Assembly (NCBI RefSeq): GCF_009914755.1 | Contig: NC_060936.1 | Origin: the human T2T-CHM13v2.0 reference genome, Homo sapiens | Length of the DNA: 64,000 bases | Strand: one strand, 5' to 3' | In this document: piece after piece, positions 13,723-28,240 of the stretch | Layout: each line of letters starts with the position of its first letter | Numbering within the stretch: the first letter of the stretch is position 1 | The notes under the pieces: generated by a model | Seen by the model: only the letters and a program-made list of their open reading frames with translations | Database searches by the model: none | What the model was told of the DNA's origin: nothing | Made by a program: the position numbers and the translations under genes

Positions 13723-15597
13723 GTTCTTAATGGATTTTTACCCCCATATTTTAAATGTTCCTAGCTGCTTCTTGCCTCTTCTCCCTCCTCATGTGTTTAA
13801 TTTCTTTCCTAAATTATAGTCTTTATTAATTGTAAAGTGTAAACTTAACTAATATTTGTTTTTGTCTGAACATTTTTGATGTTTTTTAGGTAATTTATCT
13901 TTTCTCTTTGGTTGTTTTTAATAGTTTTACTTATTCTTGATGTGCTGTAATTTTACTCAGATGATCTTATCATTTATTTTTGAATTTATTTTGTATACAT
14001 CCTGCTGAGGCGTGACAGTGATAACAAACTGCGCACCTAAATTTGTTCTTCCTCTTTCTTAGTATAGCGTTGTCACTGGCAAGTTGCTCCTCCCACAGGG
14101 AACCTTTTCCATTGCTTCTGTTGGGTGATTGCAGTTCATAAAAGCATGCTTTTACCTTTATGCTCCCATGAAATAATCTTTCAAATAAAACAATTGACAT
14201 GAAATAATACTTTTCAAATTCAATAGTTTAACTTTTAATTTTCCTGGACAGTAAACAAGGTTCAGGTTGCTTAGTGTTTACCAATGATTTGTGAGTGCAA
14301 GAAATATGTTTCACTTTCTGATGAATACGGTACATGTCCTTTCTCTACGATCTCTTTCCCTTTTTGCCTGTTAGATAACACATTAAGATGTTTGTCAATG
14401 GCAGAACCACGAGTGAAAGGAAACTGGGTCTGTGATTTACCACTTGGAGGGAATCTCCTCATTCAGGAACATTTCCAAGAAAGAAACTTATGTGTGTTAA
14501 TTTACTAAAATTTTGGGGTTTATTTGTTGATGGTAGCTACCTTTAATACATCAAAACTCGTTTGTCTTTGTCTTTCTAAAATTTTTATACTGTTAGATAT
14601 ATATTTTTTACAGCCCAAAATTTATGACAGAAATATATACCTCTAGAAATGTGTAACAACATTTAAAAAGTTGAGAAATATTGTAATAATAAATGATTAT
14701 AGACAACAAGTCAGATAGTTTGGATGCCAAGCAAGTAAAAAAAATTCTTATTTTGTCTGTGTGTAGGGGAAGGAAGAAGGTGAAAGTTGCTTTTAGCTTG
14801 AAAGTAGATATAGATTACTATTTAAATATTAATATATGAGAGTATTCAAAAATATAATTGAAATGTTCAAAAAGTACCCCAACATTTAAGGAATTATTAT
14901 AATTTAAACATTTTATTTTTGAATCTGCATACTTTATGTCTAGGTTTAATTAAGATTAAGGAATGGGTGCTTTATGCCTGGTCTCCTGTGTGTCACATGA
15001 TTCTTTTCTGTATGGCACAGGCATTTGATCACACTTGGCTATTCATTTGAGTATCAGTCATTACATTTCCAGATCATGGTAATGTTTTAAAATATTCGTT
15101 GTATTCATTTAGAGGAAAATTGGTAATGATATATTGTTACAAGACACCCACTCATTCTGCTTGGGAAGAACAGAAAAATATTGTGGTCTTGGCACCTTAA
15201 ACAGAGAAAAGAAACATAGAGCAATGAACTTGGGGCAATAAAGTAGAAGTAAAACAAATGACATATTAAGTCATACACAAATGAGATACTCCATAGGTGA
15301 ATGCCTTAGAAACAATGAAAAAACCCGTTCCTCTTGTTTAATGCATTAACACTTTCATCATATTGAAAATTAAACTCTTTCTTTCTTTGGGAAGGCACTT
15401 TTTCTTACTGGTCAAATAATATAGAAAACACTTATGTGGAGATACCTCTAGGGTTTTAAATATAATTAGCTAACATTTTGGTAATATTATGGGCTAAGGT
15501 ATTCAAGTTATTTTGTTTTCTAGAGTGCTTTAAGGTTTATCTATTTTTAATTTTTTTCTACTTTCCTTTAAGGCTCTTCTCTTTAGGTAAATTTTAG

Positions 15598-15925
<328 letters not shown>

Positions 15926-16067
15926 TAAAGCGGATTTTAAAATGAATAGTTAAAAGCAAGTCTTGTTACTGAGGATATATCCATGAAAAAAATAATTATA
16001 AAAACATGGAAATTTTTTTGTAATATTGATTTGCATATAGCCTTTATTTAACTAATAAAGATATATA

Positions 16068-16069
<2 letters not shown>

Positions 16070-16100
<31 letters not shown>
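16070..16100. repeat. (TG)15 microsatellite
   Basis: Directly visible. Confidence 0.97.
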
Positions 16101-16102
<2 letters not shown>

Positions 16103-16786
16103 ATTTACTTTTCACTACAGAAAAAAATATTTTGAGTCAAAATTTGCCTCCCTACCTGAAAATATTCTTGTGAACTTATATAGTGGTTACAGTCAATATA
16201 GGAGACATGATTTTAAAAACTAAGAATAAAGTGGAAAAAAGGCAATGTTGACATTATTTTCTGGAGTTTCAGCATATTTTGCAAATTAAGTCTGGTTTTG
16301 TTCTTGATATCATTCAGTACCAAAGCTATTCAAATGTAATTGTCAGGCTGTGTCCTGAATATTCAGCACTGAGGAATGTGTTTTTTTTTTTTCTTTTTTC
16401 TTGGAAATCCAGTCATGAGGTAATTTATCATGAAGGAGGAATGGCTCTTAGCGTTTTTTGTTATATTTAGATGAGGAGTCAGCACCTAGACAGCACTCCT
16501 CACCCAGCTGCTTCTTGGAGTTTCCAAAAATCTAACACAGGAAAAAGGGTACTAATGTCTTTATATCTAATAAGCTTCTTATTAACTTTTATGTTTTTAT
16601 AGCATTATTTTTGTCAGTAAGTGTTATATCCCCACAACTATTATCATTGTTGTTGCTGCACTAGCTTAGCATTTATATTAAATAGGTAGAGACTATTTCT
16701 GGAATTGTACTTTTCTTAAACCAATTCTGTCTTACCCAAAAGCTTCTGGTGTGTATCAAAGGGTATAGATATTGTATGGTGTGTAC

Positions 16787-17224
16787 TGTTAGAGAAAAAA
16801 AAATTATTCTGACACTTTTTTAAATGATAAGGAAGACTTTATTCAAGACTACTGCAATAGAAGAAAGAAATTAGGCTCAACCCTGAATACAGTAAGAACA
16901 AGAGGGGATGTATCGGCAAGGACAGGTGGGAGTGGGTGGGTGGATGGAAAATTACTGAAAGGATACATCAAGGATAGGGGGAATTGTTGCTAAACTGACC
17001 TAACAGGAGGGCAGGCTAGGATGATCAGATGGTGAAGATCGGGAGAAGAATTTGATGAGATATCAAGAAAGGGGGATTTTGTCCAAACCTACTACTAAGT
17101 TAGATTCTTGCTGAAGGTGGGTTAAGCATTTCTGGCAAGATCAGGAGCCAGGGTCAAGGCCTAGTCAAAAACAGAGCTTAGAAGAGTCTGACCGAAGATT
17201 TTGGTCAAGCAGAGTATCTTGTCA
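16787..17224 (-). mobile_element. MER31-like ERV1 solo LTR
   Basis: TG...CA ends, ...gtcaaggcctagtc...ttggtcaagcagagtatcttgtca; 4-bp TSD gtac. Confidence 0.8.
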
Positions 17225-17629
17225 GTACTCAGACACAGACAACTATAGCAATGGTTATACACACACACTTATCATATGTAGTATTATGTATATGAATATA
17301 TATATATGATTATGGACATAAATATATGAATTGACCACTTCCTATTGGCCTTGACCTTTCAATTTAGTTATGTTGCTTTGATGGTCTCTGGTTTCATCTT
17401 TTTCTGTGTATGTATATGGATCTCTTGAGCCTCTCTACCACTCCTCCTCTTTCTAGCATTTGCTGTGTCTGTGATGTTCAGTCCATTGAATAATGGCAGT
17501 AGGAACCTGTATGAACTTCTAGATTTTGGGCCTGAAATTTAGGATATTTGCTTTTACACAGTTCTTTACATTCAAAATGTGTGGTTATTGGGTTTCCTTT
17601 TTTATTAATTTTTAATTTTTTTGCTTATC

Positions 17630-18660
17630 TTATTTGTGATGTTGGCTTTTATTTATTTTTTCATTTAAAAAGCTATACTTTGCATGCAGTAACATTTGTC
17701 ATTTTGAAAGTACAGTCCTGTAAATTTTGACAAACACAATCATGCAGCTACTACCATAATCAGAATATAAAACAATTCTGTTACCCCAAAAGATTTCCTC
17801 GTGCTCTTTGTAACCAGTCTTATTCCCCATCCCTGATACTTGGCAGTGATCTGTTTTAGGTCTCAATAGTTTTTATTTTTCAATAGTGTTATATGCTTGG
17901 AATCAAATAGTATGTTACCTTTTTTGTTTTAGTATTTTTCTTTTGTCTTTTTATTTTTCCCCAGCTTTATTGAGGCATAAATGTATATATTAAAATTGTG
18001 TGTATTTAAGCTGTACAACGTGAACCTTTGAGATATATATATATATATATATAAACACACACATTGTTAAATGATTACCACAGTCAAACTAATTATTAAT
18101 AACGTATCCATCACATCACAATGTTATTTTTTTATGTGTGTGGTGAAAACATTTAAGATCTACCCTTTTAGCAAGTTTCAACCATGCAATACTGGATTAA
18201 CTATGGTCCCAATGCCGTACATTAAGTATGTTGCCTTTTGAGTCTGGTTTCTGTTATTTAGTATAATACATTTCCAGTGCACCTATATTGTACATTTATT
18301 CATAGTTTTTCCTTCCATTACTGAGTGGTCCTACATTGAGTGGTAAATGTGTTATATTTTATCCCTTTAGCAATTGAAGGAAATTCAGGTTGTTTTCAGT
18401 TCTTGGCAATTATGAATAAATCTGCAATAAAACATCCATGTGCAGCTTTTGGAATACATATGTTTTCCTTTTCTGGGTTAAATACTTAGGAGTAGCACTG
18501 GTGGATCATTTGGTTAGTGCATGTTTAATTTGATAAAGTGTCAGACTATTTTCCAATGTGGCTGTACCATTTTGCATTCTCACAAGCAATGTATGTGTGT
18601 TCAGGTTCCTTTGGATTCTCAGCAGCTCTTGGCATTGTCTGTTTTAAGCCATTCTAATAG
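17630..18660 (-). mobile_element. L1MB/ME 3' end with a nested L1MA9/10 3' end (17924-18224)
   Basis: Nested piece bounded by TSD agtatgttacctttt (17909) and agtatgttgcctttt (18225). Confidence 0.72.
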
Positions 18661-20161
18661 CTTACCAAAATTTATGAAAAATTTACCAAAAACGTAATTT
18701 GTAGTAGAAACTGACAACAATTGCTAAAGCTAGATAAAAATTTAAAAATGAAATAAAACATTCATCAATAAACTGAGACAAAAAACTGTTTTAATTATTC
18801 TAAGATGGAAGGTAGTATTATATAGTTGTCTGAAGCACAGTAAGGTAAAATTCAAACTGTACAACTTTTAGCTATTGACTTTGCCTGAATTTCCTTATCT
18901 CTTCAAAGACCATCTACTCAAAATTATTTTCCTTTAATGAGATATAATGTGCCTTAATTGGGATATAATCTCAAAGCATAGTGCTGTCCTTTAGAAAAAG
19001 CTGAATAGTAGCTATTGAAATTATTATTATGTTAACGGCAGATTAATACTGTAAAATAGATTTCAAAGTTTTTAAGATGTGATATTTCAAAATTAGATTA
19101 AACTACTGGATTCTTAGAATGAAAGAAAGGATCGGGCCAAAAAGGTCTTATTTTCTTCTTCCTTAAATTAAATAAAAAGTTTTGGTTGTTATTATATGCA
19201 GCCACATTTAGATAAGCGTGACATTCAAAATGTTTGTTGAGAGCTTTATTCTGGCCATTATGAAATTTAAAGTTGAATATCTACCATCAAAATAATTACA
19301 CAAGATAAAGGCAAGTCAAACAAACTCCAACAGTTAAAAGTAAAAATAAGGCCATTAATTATAATGTTTAATGAGGACTAATCATGTTCTAGGTATTTGT
19401 CAAAATGCTTATGTACATTATTTTATACATCCATCCATTCATTCACTCTTTTTTTGTCAGATATTCTACGGGAAAAACAAGCATTTTTTTACATATGTTT
19501 TATACCAAACCCTGGAGGGGTCCTAGGGATATAACAGTGAAAAAGTCTGTGCCAGTAAAAGCCTGCAACCCAGTGTGGAAAGCCAAACTCTAGTACTAGG
19601 CCATTACAATAAAATAAGAGTAATTAGTAAGAAAAGGATAAGCCCAGAATGCTGTAGAAATCTTCACAAGACCATTTAATCTCACTTTATTCTACCACAT
19701 CTGTGTAGAAACAACACTGGAGTCAGGCCAACTAGTAAAACTATCATAACTATCATGACGGTAAATATAAGTGGTCTTATTTTCTTTTGCAGTACAAAAA
19801 TTTTATATCAGATTGGATTTAAAAGCAAAATTCAATCATTACTTATAAGAGTCATAAAAAATGACACAAGAAAAATATAAACCAATAAATCTTTTTTTGT
19901 CAATCTAATTTCAATAAAAAGTAAGCAGATGTAGCAGTATTAGCAAAATGGCTACTTTTGTCTAAGTAGAATATTGGACAAAATTTATTGACAGACGTTT
20001 TGTAAGTCTACTTTTACTGATATTGGTCAATCAGTAATAGAGGATAACCACCTGGAGACATTTACTTATTAATCAAAATAATTAGTGTCATCAATGCAAC
20101 ATTTACTATGTGCCAAGTAATACAGTTGGTCTCTTTCATGTGCTGTTTTTTTTAAATTATC

Positions 20162-20464
20162 ATTTTTTTTTTTTGTTCTTTGAGATAGGATCTCACTCCA
20201 TCGCCCATGCTGGAGTACATTTGTGTGATCATGGCTCACCATAGCCTTAACCTGCTTGGCTCAAGCTATCCTAACACCTAAGCCTTTTGAGTAGCTGGGA
20301 CTACAGGCACATGGCACCACACCTGGCTAATTTTTGTGTTTTTTGTAGCTACGGGTTCCTACTGTGTCTCCCAGGCTGATCTCGAACTCCTAGGCTCAAG
20401 TAATACTCCTGCCTTGGCCTTCCAAAGTGCTGGGATTAAAGGTGTGAGTCACCATGTCTGGCCT
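20162..20464 (-). mobile_element. AluJ
   Basis: Diverged Alu with ggctcaag J-type diagnostics. Confidence 0.9.
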
Positions 20465-21609
20465 AAAAATTTCTTTGGAAAACCACTGTAAGATAGATAG
20501 TAGAGGTGATAATCAGTTATTCAGTAAAATTTAGGAAGCTGACCCATATCACATAACCAGTAACTAATAGGTAACAAAATTTGGATTTGATTCCAGATCT
20601 AACTTCAAAACTTAAAGCAAAAAAATCACAAATCATAACAATGCATTCTGTTATGTAGAAAATTTGATACATTCAAAGCTCTAGATGAAATTTTTCTATG
20701 GCTTGAAACTCTTCTAGACAGGTTTAGATTAAATGGATATGTTTTAGCACTGTTATTAGCTGGACTTTGATGTTCACATAGCTCTAAATGAAATAGAAAT
20801 GTGAATAATTCTTTTATTTAAAATATTTTTGTGTTATTTTTCCTACTTTAAAAGTCTGATAATCATTAGAGGAATTGTTATATGCCATCTGTATGTATCA
20901 GACACTACTGAGTGCTAGCTGATTGACAGCACATAAGACACAGTCCTTACCCTCAAGGTTTGTTTGTTTACCTCAGTGTTTACATGACCCATGGAAAATG
21001 AAAGGTAAAGGAAGAAGAAGAAGAAAAGCAAACCCAGAGTCTCACCACTTAAGCGTTGTTATTGTATTTCCCACCTATTTGTTCCTTTTCCCATACTTGC
21101 AATTATAGATTATATGACATCTTCCTGTTTTCACTTAACAGTGTTGCAGGTGTGCATTTTATGGTTTTTTTTTTTTCAGTAGCTTGAAAACTCACTGAGG
21201 GCAGTGATATTTCATTAAATATTTCTTTATTTTCAATATCTGACATTTAGAATCCGCAAAATTTTTGAATTCACAAATGTTTTTTGAGTTCTTAAATAAC
21301 TTTTTACTGGTGGCTTTCTATTGTCAGAACTTAGTTTATTCATGTATTTTTCCAGTATACAGAATGTTGCTATGAGTAATTATATCCATGTGTTACTTTC
21401 CTTTTTTTGCAATTTTTTCTCAGCATAGATTTCTAGCAGTGGAATTACTATATGCAAGGACCTTTTTTCTCTTCATCTTATTGTTCATGTTATTGTTAAC
21501 ATTTTAAGACATTTTAGCATATACTGTGAAAATTCTTTGTATACCAATTTATAAATCACAAACAATACAAGAAGATGATCATGGACTTAGCTTTTACCAA
21601 CATTTAAAA

Positions 21610-22078
21610 AACTATGTTTTAAAACTTATTTTAGGTTCAGGGATACATGTGCAGGTTTGTTATATAGGTAAGTTGTGTGTCGTGGGGATTTGGTATATAG
21701 ATTATTTTGCACCCAGGTAATAAGCCTAGTACCCAGTAGATAGTTTTTAGATCCTCTCCCTCTTCCCACCCTCCACCCTCAGGTAGGCCCTGGTGTCTAT
21801 TGTTCCCTTCTTTTTGTCCATGTATTCTCAGTGTTTAGCTCCCACTTAGAAGTGAGGGCATGTAGTATTTGGTTTTCAGTCCCTAGTTAGATTGCTTAGG
21901 AAAATGACCTCCGGCTCCATCCATGCTGCAGCAAAGGATGTGATCTCTTTCTTTTTTTTTTTTTATGTCTTTCTTTTTTATGGCTGCATAGTATTCCATG
22001 GTGTATATGTCTGTCACTGATGGGCATTTAGGTTGATGAATCCAGTTTGTCATTGATGGGCATTTAGGATGATTCCAA
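21610..22078 (-). mobile_element. L1PA15/16-like 3' end
   Basis: ttaggttcagggatacatgtgcaggtttgttatataggtaa...cacccaggtaataagc. Confidence 0.85.
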
Positions 22079-22084
22079 CAGTTT

Positions 22085-22305
22085 CCTGAAGAAGAAGAAA
22101 TTCCTCCTCAACACTGTAACATAGAAATTCTGCCTGTGTTTACAGTCTGCCTGTTTCCCTTAAGGATTTTGTACTTGCTAGCCCCCACAAGCCTGTGAGC
22201 CTGTTCCATAAAATCAGCCAATCTCCCCCTTTTCCTTTATCCTTCTTCCTATTCCTTCCCTGTATCCTATCATTTCTGTTCCTCTGGGGAACCCTGGCTG
22301 ATACA
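22085..22305 (+). mobile_element. MLT2-like (ERVL) LTR 3' part
   Basis: gctagcccccacaa...gtgagc...tttctgttcctctggggaaccctggctgataca. Confidence 0.7.
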
Positions 22306-23344
22306 CTTTGTAAATTTGTCTTTATTTGCTGATCCTTGAGATTGACATCACTTTGTAAGGAGTCTTGAGTACTTGTTGTGCTTTTCTAATTTGCCTATAC
22401 ATACTTTGTGCTACTTGTCTCCTGGAGTCTTGTTTCACTATTAATGTATAATAGTCTTTGAAACGGTGGAAACCTGTACTTGCATCAATCACTCTATCAC
22501 TTTAGGATTTGCCAAATGCTTTAATGTAAATCATTGATTTATTTATACATTTAGACGGATATTGAGGAATTCTGGTTGTTGTCTTTAACATAGTATCCAA
22601 AAGTACCAAAATCAATCACATCAAAATAGAGTTTGGCTTTCTTATACAATTCAAGTGGAATTTATCCAATTATATTTAATTCAATACTTTTTTGGTAATT
22701 GCCTTTTCATACTAATATTTATATGGGTTATAGGAGGTAAAAGGGTACTTATCAAAATATAAATTTTATAGTAATTAATGGCATTTAATACTATTTTTAT
22801 CTTCTTAATTTTGTATACAGTGGTTATAAAAATAATACTAATTTTATTACTTTTGGTGTTATTATTCTAATCCATTCTAAGCATACCATCAGGATCACTT
22901 GAGTCTCATTCTCATAAAATAAGCCGAAAAAGTGTGCCTTGAGACCCTTTATTTGCCAGGAAAAACACATTTTATTAACTGCTAATTATTGTCCCAAATG
23001 TATATAGTTATATGTTAGCAGATTGTGGCTAGCCATAAAATTGTTTTTCTCTTACCACATGCTTCACTTTTCTTTATTCTCCACATACAGTGAATTTAAG
23101 AGTTATTACAAAGTGACATTTTAAACTGAAATCTGTTACAAAATAAGAAGTTTGTTTTCTCTTTCTCTTTAATGTATTCTTTGAGAGAGTAGGAAAATCA
23201 TCATCCTCACTTTAAAAATATATGTTCACATTACGAAAACCAGGGAAAGAATCGTCCTACTCATTGGTTGGGAAAAATTTGTAATAGTGAGAACTAAATT
23301 AGAACTTCTTAACTCCTGTTTAATACTTTTTCTCTAATTCCAAG

Positions 23345-23395
23345 GTTGTTGTTGTTGGTGTTTGTTGTTGTTGGTGGTTGTTGTTGTTATTGTTT
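23345..23395. repeat. Imperfect (GTT)n repeat
   Basis: Directly visible. Confidence 0.9.
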
Positions 23396-24414
23396 GGCTT
23401 ATTAATCTCCCTCAATACAAAGATAACTTCTTTCTGACAGAGGAAATTATTAAAAGAAAACAGAAACTCTAGAGTAGTGAAAATACAACAGTTGTGCACC
23501 AAGCTGATGCCCTGTCCAGGAGAATTGTGACCAAGGGACATGCAAAATAAAAAAATGAAACATTTCCTGTGATCTTCTGAGGCATTTAAAAATAATGCTC
23601 TAAGTACCCTAGACTACAAATAGAGAAAAATTCTTAACTTTCAAAAAGAATATTTATATTTTGCAAACTGTTGATTGTCAGGCTAAACTTAACTTTTGAG
23701 GAGATTTGCTAGGCTAGTCAGTCAGGAAAATGGGGAAGGACTTTAATATCTAAATATTAGTAAGTTTCTTATGCAGTCCTAGTGAACAAAAGTATGAAAT
23801 ATACGGGGGACAAAGGCATTAGAGAAATAATTGGCCACACCACATATATCAATGTATGGATTGATATCCACTTGGAGGATAGGACTATGGTAGAATGTCA
23901 AGGGGTACTATCTGTATCTTTATTCTGCTCAACATTTATTGCTATGAAAATATTGAAGCATATTTTCACATTTGTATATGACATAAGGTCATATTTAAAG
24001 TATTTTAAAACGCTGGAATAGTGGGGCTGAATTCAAAGTGAAATTCAAAAGGAATAAATACTATGATCTTACAGTAAAAACTTCTGCATCAGGAGAGGAT
24101 TTGGAGGAGCCAAACTCAGCCATACAACATGTATTTAATATTTTTTAACAGTGAGTTTTCAAAGAAAATTTTAAAAACTAATGTAATTTAATTGTGTGTA
24201 ATTGAAATTTAGTTTCCAAAAAAGAAAAAAGATGAGAAGAGGTAGCCCCAGTCTAACTTAAATTTATATCATATAATTCCTTTTAGTTCTGCATATCATA
24301 CTTCTAAAAGGTTGTATTCAAATTGGGACATATTGAAAGGACAGTGAATGCAGAGTTGTAGAACAGTTGAAGGCACTTGAAATAAATTGCATATTTGGAA
24401 GATTGTTTTATGGA

Positions 24415-24637
24415 ACTTCATACTCCTGATCTTGAGTGACTCTCCCACCTCAGCCTTCCAAGTAGCTGGGACTACTGGCTTGCACCACCAAGGCTAGCTA
24501 AATTTTTATTTATCTTTGTGGAGATGGGATCTTGCTGTGTTGTCCAAGCTGGTCTCCAACTCCTGGCCTCAAGTGATCCTCCTGCCTCACCCTCCCAAAG
24601 TGCTGGGATTACAGGAGTGAGTTACTGTGCCTGGCCC
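24415..24637 (-). mobile_element. Partial AluJ
   Basis: Left monomer plus part of the right monomer, reverse complement. Confidence 0.88.
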
Positions 24638-25420
24638 TAAATCCCATATTTTAAATATCCATCTGTTACTTTGTGAAACCTAATTTTTCCAAATTGAAGA
24701 ATCCATTGTATGAATCCACCATGTTTTTCCTATCTACTCTCCCAGTAATTGGTAGATAATAGTTTATGCATATATTTAAGTCCTGCCGATTTGTTCGTCA
24801 GAATGTTGGTGACAGGCTACAGTCCTACCAGCAATGCACAGAGATCCTGACATCCCCATTTCCCCCTAAATACTTAACATTTTCTAGTTTCTAATTTTTT
24901 ACTCTTTGAATAAATGATACCTCATTTCTAATTTGCATTTGTCATAAATTTGTTAACTTTTGGAATTACCTTTTCATTAAATTGCCTATTTATTAGTCTT
25001 TTTTTCCATTGAAGTTCATCTGTTTTTCTTGTTAATTTTGAGGGATGTGTCATATTAATAATTTAAAATATTAATCCTGAAAAGCTTTTGGGTAGAACAC
25101 ATTTCTTTCTTCTGTAATGTGAATACTAATATTGTCTTTAGCTAAACAATATCCCGAATTTTCATGTAATCCAATTCATCAATTTTTGCCTTGTGGTTTG
25201 TACTGTTTTCTTTAAGAATTCCTTTACTTCCTCTTTAGTCAAAGATTTACTCTATGTTTTTTTCCGCCATTAACTTTGTAATTTTACCTTTCACATTTTG
25301 GTATTTTATCTGTGTAGATAAAGTTACAGAGCTTAACATTATATATGATGTGAGGCAAAGATCCAATATCCATTTTCATTTATTTCTTAAAGTGAGCCGC
25401 TTTTTCTAGTGGCATGTACT

Positions 25421-26120
25421 TGAGGAGTCCAGATCCTGGTTAAAAACCTATTGTGATTTTTTTTCAGCCTGACCATAAGTATTTCAAAAGGCTTTATTTA
25501 GCAAGCTTCACAGGGAAAAACTACTCTCCCCGCACCAGACTTGGTGCACAGCCAATACATTGTAGTCTTTGAAGGAATTTGCCGTCCAAGTACTCTGGAC
25601 TTCCTGGCTAGCTATGCTCTTCATGTATTTCCATTACTAGCCCAGGCACCTTTTCCCCTAGTTCTCTTTATCTGAGGCCTTTGGCAGAGGTCTTTATCAG
25701 GCAACTCTGTCAAACCTCCTTATTGGAAGAAGGAGGGGAAAACCTTAGAGACACTTTTCCCCCTTCTCACTCACTGTTCAGTACTTTCTACTCCTAGCCC
25801 TCTCCCCTTTCTTCCTCGTCTACTCCAGGCTCTATAAAACTGCCAGAGCCTTTATTTGGGACTCCAACAGCAGTGAGTTGACCCCATTTTTCTGCTGATC
25901 TATCCACCTGACCCTCGACTTGTGTGCTGTTCCATAGGGAAATTAGAACAGGAAGAAATTAGTGCTTTCTCAAGTTTTAGCTTCTCTGTTGTTCTATAGC
26001 AGTTAATGATTACAGACTTTCTCATTACTTTCATTTTGGTTTATTATTACCTAATTTTTTACTCTGACACCTGACACTTGAGTGCTCATGGAACTCTCTC
26101 TAACTGTTGAGCTCCTGCTA
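25421..26120 (+). mobile_element. ERVL-class solo LTR (MER54/MER73/MER74-like)
   Basis: Starts tgaggagtccag, TATA-like ctataaaa at ~25832, ctgacacctgaca near the end; putative 5-bp TSD gtact/atact; interrupts old L1. Confidence 0.6.
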
Positions 26121-26129
26121 ATACTTAAG

Positions 26130-26321
26130 CAGTGGTTCTCAAAGTATGCTTTTTGGACCAGCAGGCTTCAGTATCAGCATCATCTGGGAGCATGTTAGAC
26201 ATGCAAATTCTGTGGTACTTCCCCAGACCTACTGTATCAAAAACTCTGCATGTGGACCCATCAGTCTGTTTCAGCAATCCCACCAGGTGATTGTGATGCA
26301 TACTTAAGTTTGAAAACTACT
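26130..26321. mobile_element. MER5A (hAT-Charlie)
   Basis: cagtggttctcaaagt...catcatctgggagcatgttagacatgcaaattc...ccaggtgattgtgatgcatacttaagtttgaaaactact. Confidence 0.88.
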
Positions 26322-26514
26322 CAACTAACAGTGTACCTTTCACACAATGTTCATCCTGTTTCTGTATCATATATCGTGTTGCTGTATGTACGTGGGCCTC
26401 TGAGCTTTCTATTCTGCTCCTGTAGTCTGTTTATTCTTGCATAAATACCATAGTATTTTATTACTATCTTTTATTATAATGTGGTATATCTTAATATGTG
26501 ATATCACTAGTCTC

Positions 26515-28240
26515 TTCTCTCAACACTAAATATGTCACTTCACACTTTTTTGCTTACATGGTTTCTAAAGAGAAATCCACTATAATTCTGAACCTCTTCT
26601 ATGAGTTAGATACTTTGGATCTCTGGCTGTTTTCAAAATTTCCTCCTTTTCTTTGGTTTTGTGTAGTTTGAATATAATACATATACTTTAGGTGTACATT
26701 ATTTGATATTTATGCTGCGGTAGTGTTCCCTGAGCTTCCTGAATCTGTGGTTCAATGTTTGTCATTAATTTTAGAAAATTTGTGGCTATTGAAAGCTATT
26801 ACTTGAAATAGTTCTGCTTCATTCTTCTTTTCCTTTTGATTTTTCAGTGTGTTACACCTTTTGCAATTGTCTAACGGTTCTTGGCTATTTTTGTTTGATT
26901 TTTTGCCCTTTATTTTTTCCTAAATCTCAAAATTTTGCACTAGATTTAGGAAGTTTTTATTGATCTATGTTCATGTTTGTAATTTTTGCCTTAGTCATGT
27001 TGAATCTACTGATGAGCCCATCAAAGGCATTCTTCTTTTCTGTTTTGATTTCTAGCATTTTCCTTTGATTCTTTCTTTGAGCTTCTGCCTATATATTATC
27101 CATCCATTCTTGCATATTGTCTGCTTTTTCCATTAGATTCCTAATTATATTAATTGTTATTTTTAAATTCTTACTCTGATAATTTCAAAAATGTTTGTCA
27201 TATCCGAAACTAGTTCTGATGCTTTCTTTGCTCCTTCAGACATTTTAGCCTTTTAGCATGTCTTATAACTTTTTATGATGTACTATATAATAGCAACTGA
27301 GTTTAACAGAATTTTGTGGGACTTTTAATGTAAATTTGGCTAAGAAGTAGGCTATGTTTAATATTTTCTCTTGCTGTAAGTTGCCAGAGGGTTCAAGTTC
27401 CTTAAGTATTCCTGTTTTTGTCTCCCCTATTGTCTTTGGCTTCCCTAAGAACTCCTCCTTATACAGAGACTTACAGCTCTTTCAGCTATTATTTATTGTG
27501 AATATACCACAGCCCTCTTGTTTTGATGGCAAGGGGTTGGGGAAAGAAGCATTCCATAACATTATGATTAAATCTCAATGAGCCTGTGACTTTCACAAGT
27601 GTTTGCTAGCTTCCTCCCCAACCCCCACCTCCTTTATGTGAGATAAAAAGGCTAGAGCGCGCTGGAATCTTGATAATGCCCTGACCCTAGATGAGATAAG
27701 GTTCTGATAAAGTATCTTCACCTGAAGAATAGGCCTTTCCTATTAAGAATGCTCTGGGCATATTTCATAATGGTTACACTTCTCTTCCCTTCGCCAGAAC
27801 CATGAGAAGAGCTTTTATGGTGCATTACAGGGAGATACTGATGGGATTCCTGGAGGGAAGACCCATGAAAGTATGAGAGCAACTAACCCCCCGACCCCAC
27901 CCCTCACCACCATCGCAAAGCCTTCTGCCCCCAGGAGTTCTCACTTTCATATTTATCCTCACTCAGCTTCCAACAATTCCTCAAAATTGTCATTGAAATA
28001 ATTGAAATATTTTTACCAGTTTATATCTCCAGCAACTTCTGCTGTGGATAAACAGATTTTGGCTATGATTCACTAGATTTGCATATTTCTCCAAATTTTG
28101 AAGTGGCAGTTTGGCTGTGACAGTTCAGATGGATATAAGGAGACATCATTGATCTTTAGTTTGTTCCGTTTTTTTCTTGTTGTAAGGATAGGAGGAGTAA
28201 TGACTTCCATGCTTTTTATGTGTCAGAGCTGAAACTAGAA
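26515..28240 (-). mobile_element. Old L1M ORF1/5'UTR region
   Basis: Degenerate L1M ORF1-like T-rich sequence (ctactgatgagcccatcaaaggcattctt) grading into a more GC-rich 5'UTR. Confidence 0.65.
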
